A stretch of DNA of 64,000 nt from NCBI GenBank assembly GCA_964519505.1, contig CAZFJX010000008.1:5236-69235 (forward strand), given 5' to 3'. Shown here one piece after another: positions 10,018 through 20,428 of the stretch. The notes beneath the pieces were generated by a model. It ran no database searches. It was not told where the DNA came from and saw only the letters and a list, made by a program, of their open reading frames with translations. Position numbers and translations under genes: made by a program. The number at the start of each line of letters is the position of its first letter. Position 1 is the first letter of the stretch. Source of the DNA: an uncultured Desulfurococcales archaeon (lineage in GTDB: Archaea > Thermoproteota > Thermoprotei_A > Sulfolobales > CAZFJX01).

Positions 10018-11346
10018 CTATTCAGTACTTATTATCCCATACCTTAACGCGCGCTCCATATATCTCCTACTCCTCATTATTAGCTCCTCAATCTCAGACT
10101 TAAGTTCAGTACGGGTTAATGACCACCTAGCAACTCCCTGCTCCATAGCCTTCTCAGCGACAGCTACCGCCTCAGCTACGTAGGCATCTACCTCACTCAT
10201 CCTAGGTATTATGTATTCCTCATGAATACCCCTCTCCTCAGCGTATTTAGCTAGGGCATTAGCGGCAGCTATACACATCTCGTCAGTTATCTTCTTAGCC
10301 TTGACCGTTAAGGCACCACGAAAAACTGCTGGAAACCCAAGTGAGTTATTTACTTGATTAGGGAAGTCTGAACGGCCAGTAGCAACTACCTTAGCACCTC
10401 CCTCCTTAGCTTCCCAAGGCCATATCTCAGGGACGGGGTTAGCTAACGCAAATACTATAGGGTCATCATTCATTAACCTAACCCACCCCTTCTTAATTAT
10501 GCCGGGCCCAGGCCTTGATGCCGCTATAACAGCGTCAGCACCCTTCAATGCCTCAGGTATTCCACCCTTAACACATTCCCTATTAGTTCTTAACGCGGCA
10601 TCATACCAGTGAGGTGCCTTAACCTTAAACTCCTCAATCATTGGGTGCTCTCTATGTAGGATACCTATGCCCGGTCTCTCAACAGCAATTACGTTACCTA
10701 GGTCTACCCCGTAAATACCTAGGTACTTAAGTATTGAGTAGTTAGCAGCACCTAAGCCTACGAGAACTATCTTAGCCTTCCTCAAGTCCTTACCAACAAC
10801 CTTAAAAGCATTTATCAATGCCGCTAAAGTAACTAAGGCGGTTCCTTGCTGATCATCATGCCATACAGGAATCTTTAGTAACTCTCTAAGCCTCTCAAGC
10901 ACGTAAAAGCACTTAGGGCTCTCAATATCCTCAAGGTTAATACCACCAAAACTAGGTTCTAAAGACTTAACGAACCATACTAGCTCATCAGGATCCCTAG
11001 CCCTAGTCACTATAGGTACAGCATCAACACCACCTAAGTACTTAAAGAGGAGTGCCTTGCCCTCCATAACGGGTAAAGCAGCTTCAGGACCTACATTACC
11101 TAAACCTAAAACCCTACTGCCATCAGAGACTACAGCAATGTAATTCCATCTTAAAGTAAGTTCGAAAGACTTATCAGGGTCTTCAAGAACCCTCCTAGAG
11201 ACCTCAGCAACGCCTGGTGTATACCATATAGCGAAATCACCGTGACTCTCTATGGGGACTTTAGGTACAACCTCGATCTTACCCCTATAAGCCCTATGGA
11301 GTTTAAGTGACTTCTTAAAGACCTCAGCTTTAGACTCGTCAGGCAT
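10018..11346 (-). CDS. maeB: NAD(P)-dependent malic enzyme
   Basis: YTPGVA, VSDGSRVLGLGNVG, PVMEGK, GINLEDI, HDDQQGT, FALANPVPE, ATGRSDFPNQVNN motifs. Confidence 0.92.
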   Translation of the reverse strand: MPDESKAEVFKKSLKLHRAYRGKIEVVPKVPIESHGDFAIWYTPGVAEVSRRVLEDPDKSFELTLRWNYIAVVSDGSRVLGLGNVGPEAALPVMEGKALLFKYLGGVDAVPIVTRARDPDELVWFVKSLEPSFGGINLEDIESPKCFYVLERLRELLKIPVWHDDQQGTALVTLAALINAFKVVGKDLRKAKIVLVGLGAANYSILKYLGIYGVDLGNVIAVERPGIGILHREHPMIEEFKVKAPHWYDAALRTNRECVKGGIPEALKGADAVIAASRPGPGIIKKGWVRLMNDDPIVFALANPVPEIWPWEAKEGGAKVVATGRSDFPNQVNNSLGFPAVFRGALTVKAKKITDEMCIAAANALAKYAEERGIHEEYIIPRMSEVDAYVAEAVAVAEKAMEQGVARWSLTRTELKSEIEELIMRSRRYMERALRYGIISTE

Positions 11347-11429
11347 AACTAGGCCCTTGATAAATGTACGTGTGTAGTAATTAAGGGGTTTATGGTAATG
11401 TTAATTTATGTCTAGTCATATTTTACTCA

Positions 11430-12818
11430 TTGGTGGTTCACCTGACTAAATTACTTGTTGAGAGTAAGTTCATCATACCTGTAGTACCTAGGGGTAAGAT
11501 AATTAAGGATGGGGCCATAGCCATAGAGAATGATAGGATTGTCTATGTGGGTAAGGCGGATGAGATTAAGGGTAAGTTTAAGCCTGATGAGGTTATTAAG
11601 GCAGATAAGCACGTAGCCATACCTGGATTAATTAATGCTCATTGCCACCTATTCCAGTCAATATTAAGGAATATAGGTATAGATATGGAGTTAGTTACTT
11701 GGTTAAGAACCTCAGTCCACCCGACATTAGCGTCATTTAAGGATGAGGATTTCTACGTATCTACCTTATGGGGTATTGTAGAGAACATTAAGTCCGGGGT
11801 CACTACCTTAGTGGAGAATCATTACGGACCTAGAGGGTATGATTACGTAATTAAGGCTATCCTTGAATCACCTATTAGGGCAGTACTTGCTAGAGGGATA
11901 TACGAGCTTAACGTACTCCTTGAGGAACTCATCGAGGATCCCGATAAAGCCTTATCACATACTGAGAACTTAATTAAGAAGTACCACGGTGCTGAAGGTA
12001 GGTTAATGATTGCTGTAGCCCCAATGCATCCCTATAACGCTAGTAAGGAATTGCTGATTAAGGCTAAGGAACTCTCAGATAAGTACGGCATTATATACCA
12101 CACACATACGGCTGAGTCTAAGAGGGATCAAGAACTCGTTAAGGAGCTTCACGGAAAGACTGACGTTACACTGCTTTATGAGTTAGGTGTCTTAAGCCCT
12201 AAATACCATGCGGTACATGCGGTTAACGTACTACCCCACGAAATTAAGTACTTAGCTGAAAAGGGTGCTCACGTAATACATAACCCTGAAAGCAACATGT
12301 ACCTAGGCTCAGGAATAGCCCCGATACCCGAGTATATGAGGGAGGGTATTAACGTAGCCTTAGGTACTGACGGGCCCGGCAGTAATAATAACCAAGACAT
12401 GATTGAAGCCATGAGATTTGCTGTAATGCTCCATAAGGTAGCTAAGTCGGACCCAGCAGTAATTAGTGCTTGGGATGTTCTTGAGATGGCGACAATAAAT
12501 GGTGCTAGGGCATTAGGTCTTGAGAATGAGTTAGGTTCTTTAGAGCCAGGCAAGAAAGCAGACATAACCCTAATTAGGCTTGACGAACCCCACATAGCCC
12601 CAGTACATGACCCATTAGGCTCCATAGTCTACTGCGCCAACGCTAGTGACGTAGATACCGTAATTATTGATGGTAAGGTAGTCATGGCTGGTAGAAAGAT
12701 GCTCGTTATGGATGAAGAAGAGATAGCAGTGAAGGCTGAGGAAACAGCTGAAGCCATACTAAATAGGGCTAGGGAGAGATACGGGACTAAGTTCCCATTT
12801 GAAAAATTTATTGTTTAG
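11430..12818 (+). CDS. Amidohydrolase, MTA/SAH deaminase (SsnA/AtzA-like) family
   Basis: PGLINAHCH, HTHTAES, HAVH, HNPESN, ALGTDG and GSLEPGKKADI motifs. Confidence 0.88.
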   Translation: MVVHLTKLLVESKFIIPVVPRGKIIKDGAIAIENDRIVYVGKADEIKGKFKPDEVIKADKHVAIPGLINAHCHLFQSILRNIGIDMELVTWLRTSVHPTLASFKDEDFYVSTLWGIVENIKSGVTTLVENHYGPRGYDYVIKAILESPIRAVLARGIYELNVLLEELIEDPDKALSHTENLIKKYHGAEGRLMIAVAPMHPYNASKELLIKAKELSDKYGIIYHTHTAESKRDQELVKELHGKTDVTLLYELGVLSPKYHAVHAVNVLPHEIKYLAEKGAHVIHNPESNMYLGSGIAPIPEYMREGINVALGTDGPGSNNNQDMIEAMRFAVMLHKVAKSDPAVISAWDVLEMATINGARALGLENELGSLEPGKKADITLIRLDEPHIAPVHDPLGSIVYCANASDVDTVIIDGKVVMAGRKMLVMDEEEIAVKAEETAEAILNRARERYGTKFPFEKFIV

Positions 12819-12823
12819 TAACC

Positions 12824-13525
12824 CTACATAAATAGGTGACCAACTATTAAGACGTAAGCAAGTGATGTACCGCTTATCAATACATTATCGTCTATAGGGT
12901 TAAATTCGAAGTGCTCAATAAATGAGGCTATGAAGGCTATAGGTATACCCCACTTACCTATTAAGTAGTAGCCTAGCGGTAGGCATGTAGCTAGCATAGC
13001 TAGATTACCCCACCATGACTTAGTTCTCCTCCTAAAGATTATATTCCTAACAAACCCAGTGGCGGCATCACCAAAAGCCATGAAGGAAATCGGTAGTAAT
13101 GCGTATATAGGACTACCTAGTAGGGTCCATGCAACAAGAGCACAAACACCCCACATGATACAGAAGTTAACCTCATACATGTTCTCCTTGACTTGAAACC
13201 AATACATTAACTTACCTTTCTTGTGGGGTAGGTAATTCATGATAGCAAGTATGATGGCTAATATTGCTGGGATCGTCGGTGATGTAAAGAAAAGAGGTAC
13301 TAGTAGCGCTACAAGCCCACCAGCAAATACGTGTATTAACTTCCTATTGAAGTATATGACTATGTTAGGCTTTACCCCTCTCTTAGTCAAGTAATCGTAA
13401 ACCCACTTAGTCGCTATAACAACAAGAATTACGTAGACGAATAAACCAGCAGCGATGAGCGACTCCATGAGTGGGTTTTGAGGTATCAAGCATTCAGTGC
13501 AGGGTTTAATCAATCCCCACACCAC
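12824..13525 (-). CDS. Dolichol/phytol kinase-like CTP-dependent membrane kinase
   Basis: RKLIH, GDAATG, KSWWG and DDN motifs in a multi-TM protein. Confidence 0.75.
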   Translation of the reverse strand: MVWGLIKPCTECLIPQNPLMESLIAAGLFVYVILVVIATKWVYDYLTKRGVKPNIVIYFNRKLIHVFAGGLVALLVPLFFTSPTIPAILAIILAIMNYLPHKKGKLMYWFQVKENMYEVNFCIMWGVCALVAWTLLGSPIYALLPISFMAFGDAATGFVRNIIFRRRTKSWWGNLAMLATCLPLGYYLIGKWGIPIAFIASFIEHFEFNPIDDNVLISGTSLAYVLIVGHLFM

Positions 13526-13619
13526 CTACATATCTTCATAGGTAAAATTTAAAAACCTTTATATAGGTGCTTAAGTAAGTACGAGAAAGCACTTAAGTTA
13601 GTGGGGTATAGGTATTTAC

Positions 13620-15380
13620 CTACCTCACATACCTTTTTAGGAAGAGTATCGCTGGTAACAGTATCTTTAATGCGTCATCAGTTGTTAGGATTATGTGCCC
13701 CATGTCTGGAGCTATATGTGCTTCAAACACCTTACCCAGCTCTAACAACCTCTCCATATACTTAATCACTGGCTTTAGAGGCGTTCTCGTATCGTTCTGT
13801 GGATGTATTATACATAGCGGCTTCCTCACGTTCTCTACGTAGTTTATTGGCGATCTCTCCTTCATTAACTCTTTCTTACCTGCGAATAGTATGTCTATGA
13901 ACTTTCTGAATACAGCATCGCCTAACCCATACATACCTACCCAGTCAACAACACCAGCACCAGCTACGCCACAACACCATAGGTTTGGGTATTTACCCAT
14001 TATTAGGTAGGTCATGTAACCACCGTAGCTATAGCCCATAATAACCACCTTATTAGGGTCTGCTATACCCTCCTTAACACCCCATTCCCTAGCATGGATC
14101 ACATCCATTAAGTCACCACCGCCTGGGTCACCTATGTCTAGATTCCTAAACCAATCACCGTAGCCTTTGGACCCCCTAAAGTTAGGTGCTATTACGTGGT
14201 AACCTGAAGCGACTAGCGAGGCTATTGTTACGTTCCATGAGTCCATAACCTCAGACCAAGGACCTCCATGGACGTATATGACCGTAGGTCCTGGCTTACT
14301 AGCTAACTTACTCTCAACTACGTAAGTAGGTATCTCTAGTCCGTCAAATGACTTATACTTAACGAACTTAACCTCACCCAGTCTGTCACTTATCTCTTTA
14401 GGTAATTCACCCTCTATAGTAACATCTATTTCACCGCCCCTTAAGTCAACTCTAAACACCTTCGGTGGTTTAGTTAGACTGGACATGGTTATGTAGACGA
14501 AATTACCTAAAAATACTGGCTCGCCAATGAACATACCTTCAGGCGTTGGTATCTCCTTACCATCGATGAATAGCCTGCCCCTACCGCACTTTTTACCTAT
14601 TGCCCATATATCTCCCCATGGGGTCTCACCGTAGCTATGGTGCTCTATAGGTCCGTACTTAACGTAGTCTTCGTAAGTGAATTTAACCTTACTTAACTCA
14701 TCACTTGATAAGTCATATATGTATAGCTTATTCCTACCCTCAAAATCACTCTCAAAAAGTATCCTACCATCCTTAACTATCTTGGGTCTCTTAGAGTTAG
14801 CCCCCTCTTTAGGCGTATATACCTTAAACTCACCAGTACTTAGGTCATATATGAATAACTCAAGAGTTCTTGGATCACTCCTTAACTTACCGAAACCCAC
14901 TATTAGGTCTCCATACATGTCAGTCACTAATGCGTACGTATTAATGACCTGAGCCTTCTCCCAATCACCACCTAACCTAGCTACATAGATGGCTATGTCC
15001 TCTTGAGTAGCGGCCGTAAATGCTACCCTCTCACCATCTATAGCTAGGCTAAAGATTCTCATTAGTGGTGTATCACTGACTAAAGACTCTTTACCGCTAC
15101 GTATATCTACGTAGTAAATCCTATGTAACTCCTTACCACCAGCAACATCAACTGTAAACACTACATAAGGGCAGTTGGGTTTAGGAGGTGCGGCACCATG
15201 AACGGGCTTAGTTGTTAATCTCTTACTGCTACAGTCCTTAGGATCTATACGCCATAAGCTAGTAACACCCTCCCTAGTACTTAAATATACGGGGTAATTG
15301 AGAGCCCGACCGACTAAGGCATATCTAGGTACTTTAATAAGCTCCTCAACAATCTTGACGACATCAACCACAGACTCCAC
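13620..15380 (-). CDS. S9 family acylaminoacyl peptidase
   Basis: Beta-propeller N-terminus, HGGPW, nucleophile GYSYG, NDTRT (Asp) and MGH (His). Confidence 0.9.
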   Translation of the reverse strand: MESVVDVVKIVEELIKVPRYALVGRALNYPVYLSTREGVTSLWRIDPKDCSSKRLTTKPVHGAAPPKPNCPYVVFTVDVAGGKELHRIYYVDIRSGKESLVSDTPLMRIFSLAIDGERVAFTAATQEDIAIYVARLGGDWEKAQVINTYALVTDMYGDLIVGFGKLRSDPRTLELFIYDLSTGEFKVYTPKEGANSKRPKIVKDGRILFESDFEGRNKLYIYDLSSDELSKVKFTYEDYVKYGPIEHHSYGETPWGDIWAIGKKCGRGRLFIDGKEIPTPEGMFIGEPVFLGNFVYITMSSLTKPPKVFRVDLRGGEIDVTIEGELPKEISDRLGEVKFVKYKSFDGLEIPTYVVESKLASKPGPTVIYVHGGPWSEVMDSWNVTIASLVASGYHVIAPNFRGSKGYGDWFRNLDIGDPGGGDLMDVIHAREWGVKEGIADPNKVVIMGYSYGGYMTYLIMGKYPNLWCCGVAGAGVVDWVGMYGLGDAVFRKFIDILFAGKKELMKERSPINYVENVRKPLCIIHPQNDTRTPLKPVIKYMERLLELGKVFEAHIAPDMGHIILTTDDALKILLPAILFLKRYVR

Positions 15381-15584
15381 GACTACGACACCAATGACTC
15401 ATTGATTAAGTAGGAAAAAAGCATCACGGTAACCATGCATGACTTCATGGGTGATGCGACTGTTCTTAGCCTCTTAAGCATTCATAAGGACTAGCTCTAA
15501 CGGCTTAGTGATGTCTGGGGGGACTGACCTTTGCCTTAATAAGTATTACTGTGCTTAATAATCATGGTGGAAGGAGTAAGGTAA

Positions 15585-16835
15585 ATGAGGGTAGTTAATC
15601 CTAAGCTATGTATAGTGTGTAGGGGAGCTAAGCTACTTTGTGGTATGGCCTACTGCCCAATAATAGTTAAGAACATATACTACGTAAGGTCAGTAAAGTA
15701 CAGCGATCTCAAGGAGTTTGAGGGTTCTTCTCCACCCTCTGTCTTCGTGGGTAGGGTTGGCTACCCATACGTTTACGTAGGTCCTCTAGTACCCCCGTAT
15801 AAAGGGGATACATCAATATTAGACCTACCTGAGGCATGGGTTGATAAGAAAATCGAGGACATAATCGATTTCAGGTCATCCCTAATTAGGGGTAAGACAT
15901 TAGTTAATGTTAAGGAGTTAAGGAGGTATGAGAGGGTCATTACTGAGCTTCAGGAACTAGCCCTCTCTGAGAGACCCGTAGATTCTGAGGTTAGGTTTAT
16001 TAAGCCTATTAAGCCTACCATGAGGTTTGATGAGAGGGTGCCCCCATTAGGTCCTTCAGGTGTTCTTAGGGAGTTTAGGATAACTAGTAATATCTATGTT
16101 AACAGGAAGTTAGAGAAGGCTTACTACGATACGGACCTTAAGGCTTTAGAAGCTATTAGGTGGCTTTACAGTAATGGCGTACCCGTAACCCTTATTCAGA
16201 GGGCGTTAAGTGTTGGTGCTTTAGGGACTGCTAGGTGGAGGAGGTTAGTACCTACTAGATGGGCCATAACGGCGGTTGATGACGCTATCTCTAGGTACTT
16301 GATCAAGAAGATTAAGGAGTACCCCATAGTCAATAAATTTCTCGTCTTCCATAGGAAGGTATTTAAGAATACGTTCATAGCCATCATAGCACCTAGGCGT
16401 TGGTCGTATGAGTGGATTGAGGCTTGGTTCCCTCAAACAACATGGAACCCCAGTCATGACGAAGTTGAGTTCGGTGGCGATTATGAGGGCATTAGCGGTA
16501 GGACAACGTATGCTGAACCCGGTGGGTGTTACTACGCTGCTAGACTAGCAGTTACTGAGTACTTATGTAGGGTTAGGAGGCAGGGTACTGCTATCCTATG
16601 GAGGGAGATCTATACGGGGTTCAACCTACCTATAGGTGTTTGGTTCGTTAGGGAGAACTTAAGGGCTATGTTCAAATCACAACCTAGGGTGTTTGATAGC
16701 ATTACTGAGGTGCTAGAATACCTGAAGGGTGTGTTGACCATAGATATAGGTACTTGGGTAAGACAGAGTAAGTTAGTTAGGGACTTACTGTTTCAAGAGA
16801 CCTTAAGTAAGTACTTTAAAGGATTGAGGAAATGA
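15585..16835 (+). CDS. nreA: Nre-family DNA repair protein with C-terminal PCNA-interaction (PIP) box
   Basis: N-terminal CIVCRG...CGMAYCP, GSSPPSVFVG, LVPTRWAITAVDD, GGCYYAARLAV; C-terminal QETLSKYF fits QxxLxxYF. Confidence 0.9.
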   Translation: MRVVNPKLCIVCRGAKLLCGMAYCPIIVKNIYYVRSVKYSDLKEFEGSSPPSVFVGRVGYPYVYVGPLVPPYKGDTSILDLPEAWVDKKIEDIIDFRSSLIRGKTLVNVKELRRYERVITELQELALSERPVDSEVRFIKPIKPTMRFDERVPPLGPSGVLREFRITSNIYVNRKLEKAYYDTDLKALEAIRWLYSNGVPVTLIQRALSVGALGTARWRRLVPTRWAITAVDDAISRYLIKKIKEYPIVNKFLVFHRKVFKNTFIAIIAPRRWSYEWIEAWFPQTTWNPSHDEVEFGGDYEGISGRTTYAEPGGCYYAARLAVTEYLCRVRRQGTAILWREIYTGFNLPIGVWFVRENLRAMFKSQPRVFDSITEVLEYLKGVLTIDIGTWVRQSKLVRDLLFQETLSKYFKGLRK

Positions 16836-17662
16836 GGATTAAGTACATAAGGGTTAAGAGTGCCTTAAGTAGGTCTGGGCTTAAGGAGATAGATTACGCA
16901 TTAAACCCTTACTTAGGTTGCTATCACTCATGTATCTACTGCTATGCGAGGGACTTCACTAGGTATGAGGAGGTGGCTAAGAATTGGGGTGAGGTAATAT
17001 ACGTTAAGATAAACTTACTTGACGTATTGAGGAGGGAGGTTAAGAGATTACCTAAGGGGGTTGTTGGTGTAGCAACAATAACAGACCCCTACCAACCCAT
17101 AGAGGCTACCTACCGACTTACTAGGGGTTCATTAGAGATACTTAAGAGGTATGGGTTTAAGGTCTCAATACAAACAAAGTCCCCGCTAGTCCTTAGGGAT
17201 AAAGACATAATAGAACCCAAGCAATTCGATGTGGGTGTCACAATAATAACCATGGATAAGGATGTAGCTAAGGTCGTAGAGCCTAAAGCACCACCACCAA
17301 CCGATAGAGTAAGGATACTTAAGGAGATTTCAGAGCTAGGTGTTGAGACATGGCTATTCATGGGGCCAATAATACCATGCTTAACCGACAACCTAGAAGA
17401 CATAAAGGAGGTATTAATAGTAGCTAAAGAGGCTAACACGCCAGTTTACTACGATAAACTAAACATGAAGCCACTAATGAGTAAACACTTCATAAAAACA
17501 CTAAGTAAAGAAGGCTTCAACATCAAGGAAATACTGAGTAAAGTACGTAATGAGAAGTACTGGAAAGAACTATTCAGCAAGGTAGAGGAGTTATGTGAGG
17601 ATGTAGGAGTGAAATGCTACCTAGCGTACCCGTATAGCTTTACGAAATTAGTGAGGAATTAG
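16832..17662 (+). CDS. Radical SAM protein, spore-photoproduct-lyase-like family
   Basis: LNPYLGCYHSCIYCYA (CxxxCxxC), TDPYQP and IQTKS motifs; ATGA overlap with nreA. Confidence 0.85.
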   Translation: MRIKYIRVKSALSRSGLKEIDYALNPYLGCYHSCIYCYARDFTRYEEVAKNWGEVIYVKINLLDVLRREVKRLPKGVVGVATITDPYQPIEATYRLTRGSLEILKRYGFKVSIQTKSPLVLRDKDIIEPKQFDVGVTIITMDKDVAKVVEPKAPPPTDRVRILKEISELGVETWLFMGPIIPCLTDNLEDIKEVLIVAKEANTPVYYDKLNMKPLMSKHFIKTLSKEGFNIKEILSKVRNEKYWKELFSKVEELCEDVGVKCYLAYPYSFTKLVRN

Positions 17663-17671
17663 AAGAGTAAG

Positions 17672-18485
17672 TTACTTCGTAATTAATGCATCTACGTATA
17701 ATGAGCCTATGAAGTACTCTTCACTATTGAATCTTAGCTTTATAGGTGAGTAGAAGTAGCTGGCATATACTTTACCAAAGTCGTATTCTAAGTTGATCAC
17801 ACATTCCAGGAGGCCTGCTTTAACACCTACATTAGCTATTGGTGCTAAGGTAGTTATGTTGGGGTTATTTAGTAGCCAAGGCAATACAGACATAGAGGTG
17901 ATGAGTGTAGGTACTATCTGTAAATCCCTTGTTATGGTTAGGTGCGTTATGATTAAGTAAGAACTACTGCTATACGTACTTGACCTCCTCCAATACCTCC
18001 TTAGTACCTTAAAGATTAATTCAGAGACCCCCCAAGATCTTAGCCAGATTTAAAGGTACGGTTTTAATAATGGCGTAAACTCCTTGAGGAGTATGAATTG
18101 AGGCCAAAATTATAACACCGATATTAATTAAGTTAAGATTACAGCCCTTATTTAGGAGATAATCACGCCATTCCTTAAACGCAGTAAGTAGCTTAGTAGC
18201 GTTGATGTACACAACACCAGCATCACCTAAATACGTACCCAACTCCTTAACCTCCCTATTAGGCATCCATACATAAATAGTAACCACGACAGAGTACGCA
18301 CCATTAAGGCTATCCCTAATAATAACCCTAAATACTTGCTCACTAAACAAACCCCTAAGATAATTAACGGTCACGTTACCATAAGTACAGACTTCGATAG
18401 GTGCTTCAATATTAATAAGAGCATTAACAACAACATTAAACATCAATAGCAATATAGGTATTAAAATAAGAATTCTCCTCCCCAC
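17672..18485 (-). pseudogene. Internally deleted, frameshifted tandem paralogue of the 510-aa secreted protein at 18582-20114
   Basis: 18021-18485 matches the N-terminus (SIHTPQGVYA). The frame 18030-17672 (VSELIFKVLRRYW...SMSVLPWLLNNP...GSLYVDALITK) matches the C-terminus. The junction is a G6 run (C6 at 18028-18033). Confidence 0.85.
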
Positions 18486-18581
18486 CTTACCTACCTCAGG
18501 TATAGATTTGTGCTAATAGGATTGTATTAGATACTTGCGTTTAGCTATATTTTTCATAAGAGTAAGAAAAATATCGTTTAT

Positions 18582-20114
18582 TTAAGCCTTAGTTATGAAA
18601 GCATCAATATATAGCGAACCTACGTAATATTTATTGTAATCATACTCGAATTTTACTGGGGTATAGAAGTACCTAGCCTGGATCTCATAAGTACCCTTAT
18701 ATTCGTACTTAAGTACTATATTGGCCTCTAATGACATGTATTGACTGCTTTCTGAAGTAAGACCTACTGTTATCCCTAATATGAATGCTATAGGGGCAGT
18801 AATAGGGTTGGATAACAGCCATGGTAAGACACTCAGTGAAGCTGCAAATAAGGGTATGGTTTGTGTGTCCTGAATTATGTCTGTATGTTTTATAGTTAAC
18901 CAGTAAATATCTTCATATACCTCATCAGATAATTTCCAGTAATTTCTTATTACTCTAAAGGTGCTCTCGGCTACCCCATTATAGTCTGTTGGATTATCGT
19001 CTACTTCATACCATTCCTTTATCTTATTGTTCTCAATTATAGGCCTTGCTAAAGTCATATTAGCTACGTCACCGGTAGGCTCTTCATAACAGTAACTGAG
19101 GTAACAGGTAATCTTATGTAGCTCGTATTTAGCGAAAGCGAAATCACCCTTCATACCTATAGACAATATAGCATCATCGGTAAAGTCCTCTCCCTGAATG
19201 AAATACTTCTGATAATCTAACCATGTATGGCCATCTCCTCCAAGCTCTATAGTAAAGCCAGGCACTGAGAAACTTACACCACCATAGGCATTCTGTATAA
19301 CAGCTAATATAGTGAAACCTATTGTGATACCAGCTGAACTATAGGTTCTAAATTCCTCAAGAAGTTTTACTGAACGAAGTTTATCAGCATATCCAAAGAC
19401 ATACGTAGACACTAATGGTGCTCCTTTATTTAGTGCTACTGCGTATGTTTCCTGGAGTCTCCACACATAACATACACATACCCTACTCCAGCAACTACAC
19501 CCCTCCCAAATATCTGAGGGCGGCCATGAAGCTATGTTGACTCCTCCCTGATTTTCTTTGTTGAATGTGTTTAGTTCTTTCTGTATTTCTTCAGGTGTTA
19601 TGATTGGGTTCTTTTTAGTTAGTTCCTCAGTTATGTCTATCTCTATTGATGTTCCTGAGAGTATTTCTGTTATGCCTATGGGTACTGCCTTCATGACCGC
19701 GTAGACTCCTTGTGGTGTGTGGATCGAGCCCATGATTATTATGCCTAACCTAATTAGGCTTGGGTTATTACCCTTACTTATCAAGTAATTACGCCAAACG
19801 CTAAATACCTGCAGTACCTTATTAATGTCTACATCCACAACACCCCTACCTCCGTAGATACCTAACTCCTTGATGGAGCCGTCAGGCATCCACATATAGA
19901 TACTAAGTATGGTTGGGTATCCATCACCAGAGACATTCTTAACAACAACCCTAAACACCTGCCCACCAAGGAATGGCCTAAAGTACTTAACACTCACATC
20001 ACCGTAAATAACAACCTCATTAGGAACCTCAGCATTAATAAGAACACTAGCAATAACCGTAAGTATTAGCAAAGAAGTTATTACCAACGATAATACCTTC
20101 TTACCCATACTCAC
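18582..20114 (-). CDS. Hypothetical secreted protein, 510 aa
   Basis: Basic plus hydrophobic N-terminal signal; long ORF; a paralogue next door supports it being a real gene. No family recognised. Confidence 0.75.
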   Translation of the reverse strand: MSMGKKVLSLVITSLLILTVIASVLINAEVPNEVVIYGDVSVKYFRPFLGGQVFRVVVKNVSGDGYPTILSIYMWMPDGSIKELGIYGGRGVVDVDINKVLQVFSVWRNYLISKGNNPSLIRLGIIIMGSIHTPQGVYAVMKAVPIGITEILSGTSIEIDITEELTKKNPIITPEEIQKELNTFNKENQGGVNIASWPPSDIWEGCSCWSRVCVCYVWRLQETYAVALNKGAPLVSTYVFGYADKLRSVKLLEEFRTYSSAGITIGFTILAVIQNAYGGVSFSVPGFTIELGGDGHTWLDYQKYFIQGEDFTDDAILSIGMKGDFAFAKYELHKITCYLSYCYEEPTGDVANMTLARPIIENNKIKEWYEVDDNPTDYNGVAESTFRVIRNYWKLSDEVYEDIYWLTIKHTDIIQDTQTIPLFAASLSVLPWLLSNPITAPIAFILGITVGLTSESSQYMSLEANIVLKYEYKGTYEIQARYFYTPVKFEYDYNKYYVGSLYIDAFITKA

Positions 20115-20428
20115 CCCTCAGTCCATATCTATATCCCAGATATATTTAAATGGGTGGTACCTTAACATGTTCATTCTTAAGGTTGTTCTCATGTATATCT
20201 GCCTAATTCTATTCGATGTGGAGTACTTCATATAGACGTTGATTAAATTGTTTAACACGCATAATTGGTAAATTTAATCAGATACGTAAATCTGTGATTT
20301 TCTTGCCTATGTCGATTACTTAACGCTTATGTAGTAATCTCTTTGTGGAGTGTTTAGTTAATGGTATGGTTTTGTTTAAACTAGGATGCCTATACACTCT
20401 AGTCTAAAAATCAATAACTTCAATGAGC

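Noticed and set aside
16832-17662. True spore photoproduct lyase
   Set aside because: Only family-level similarity; the host is a non-sporulating archaeon and the substrate is unknown.
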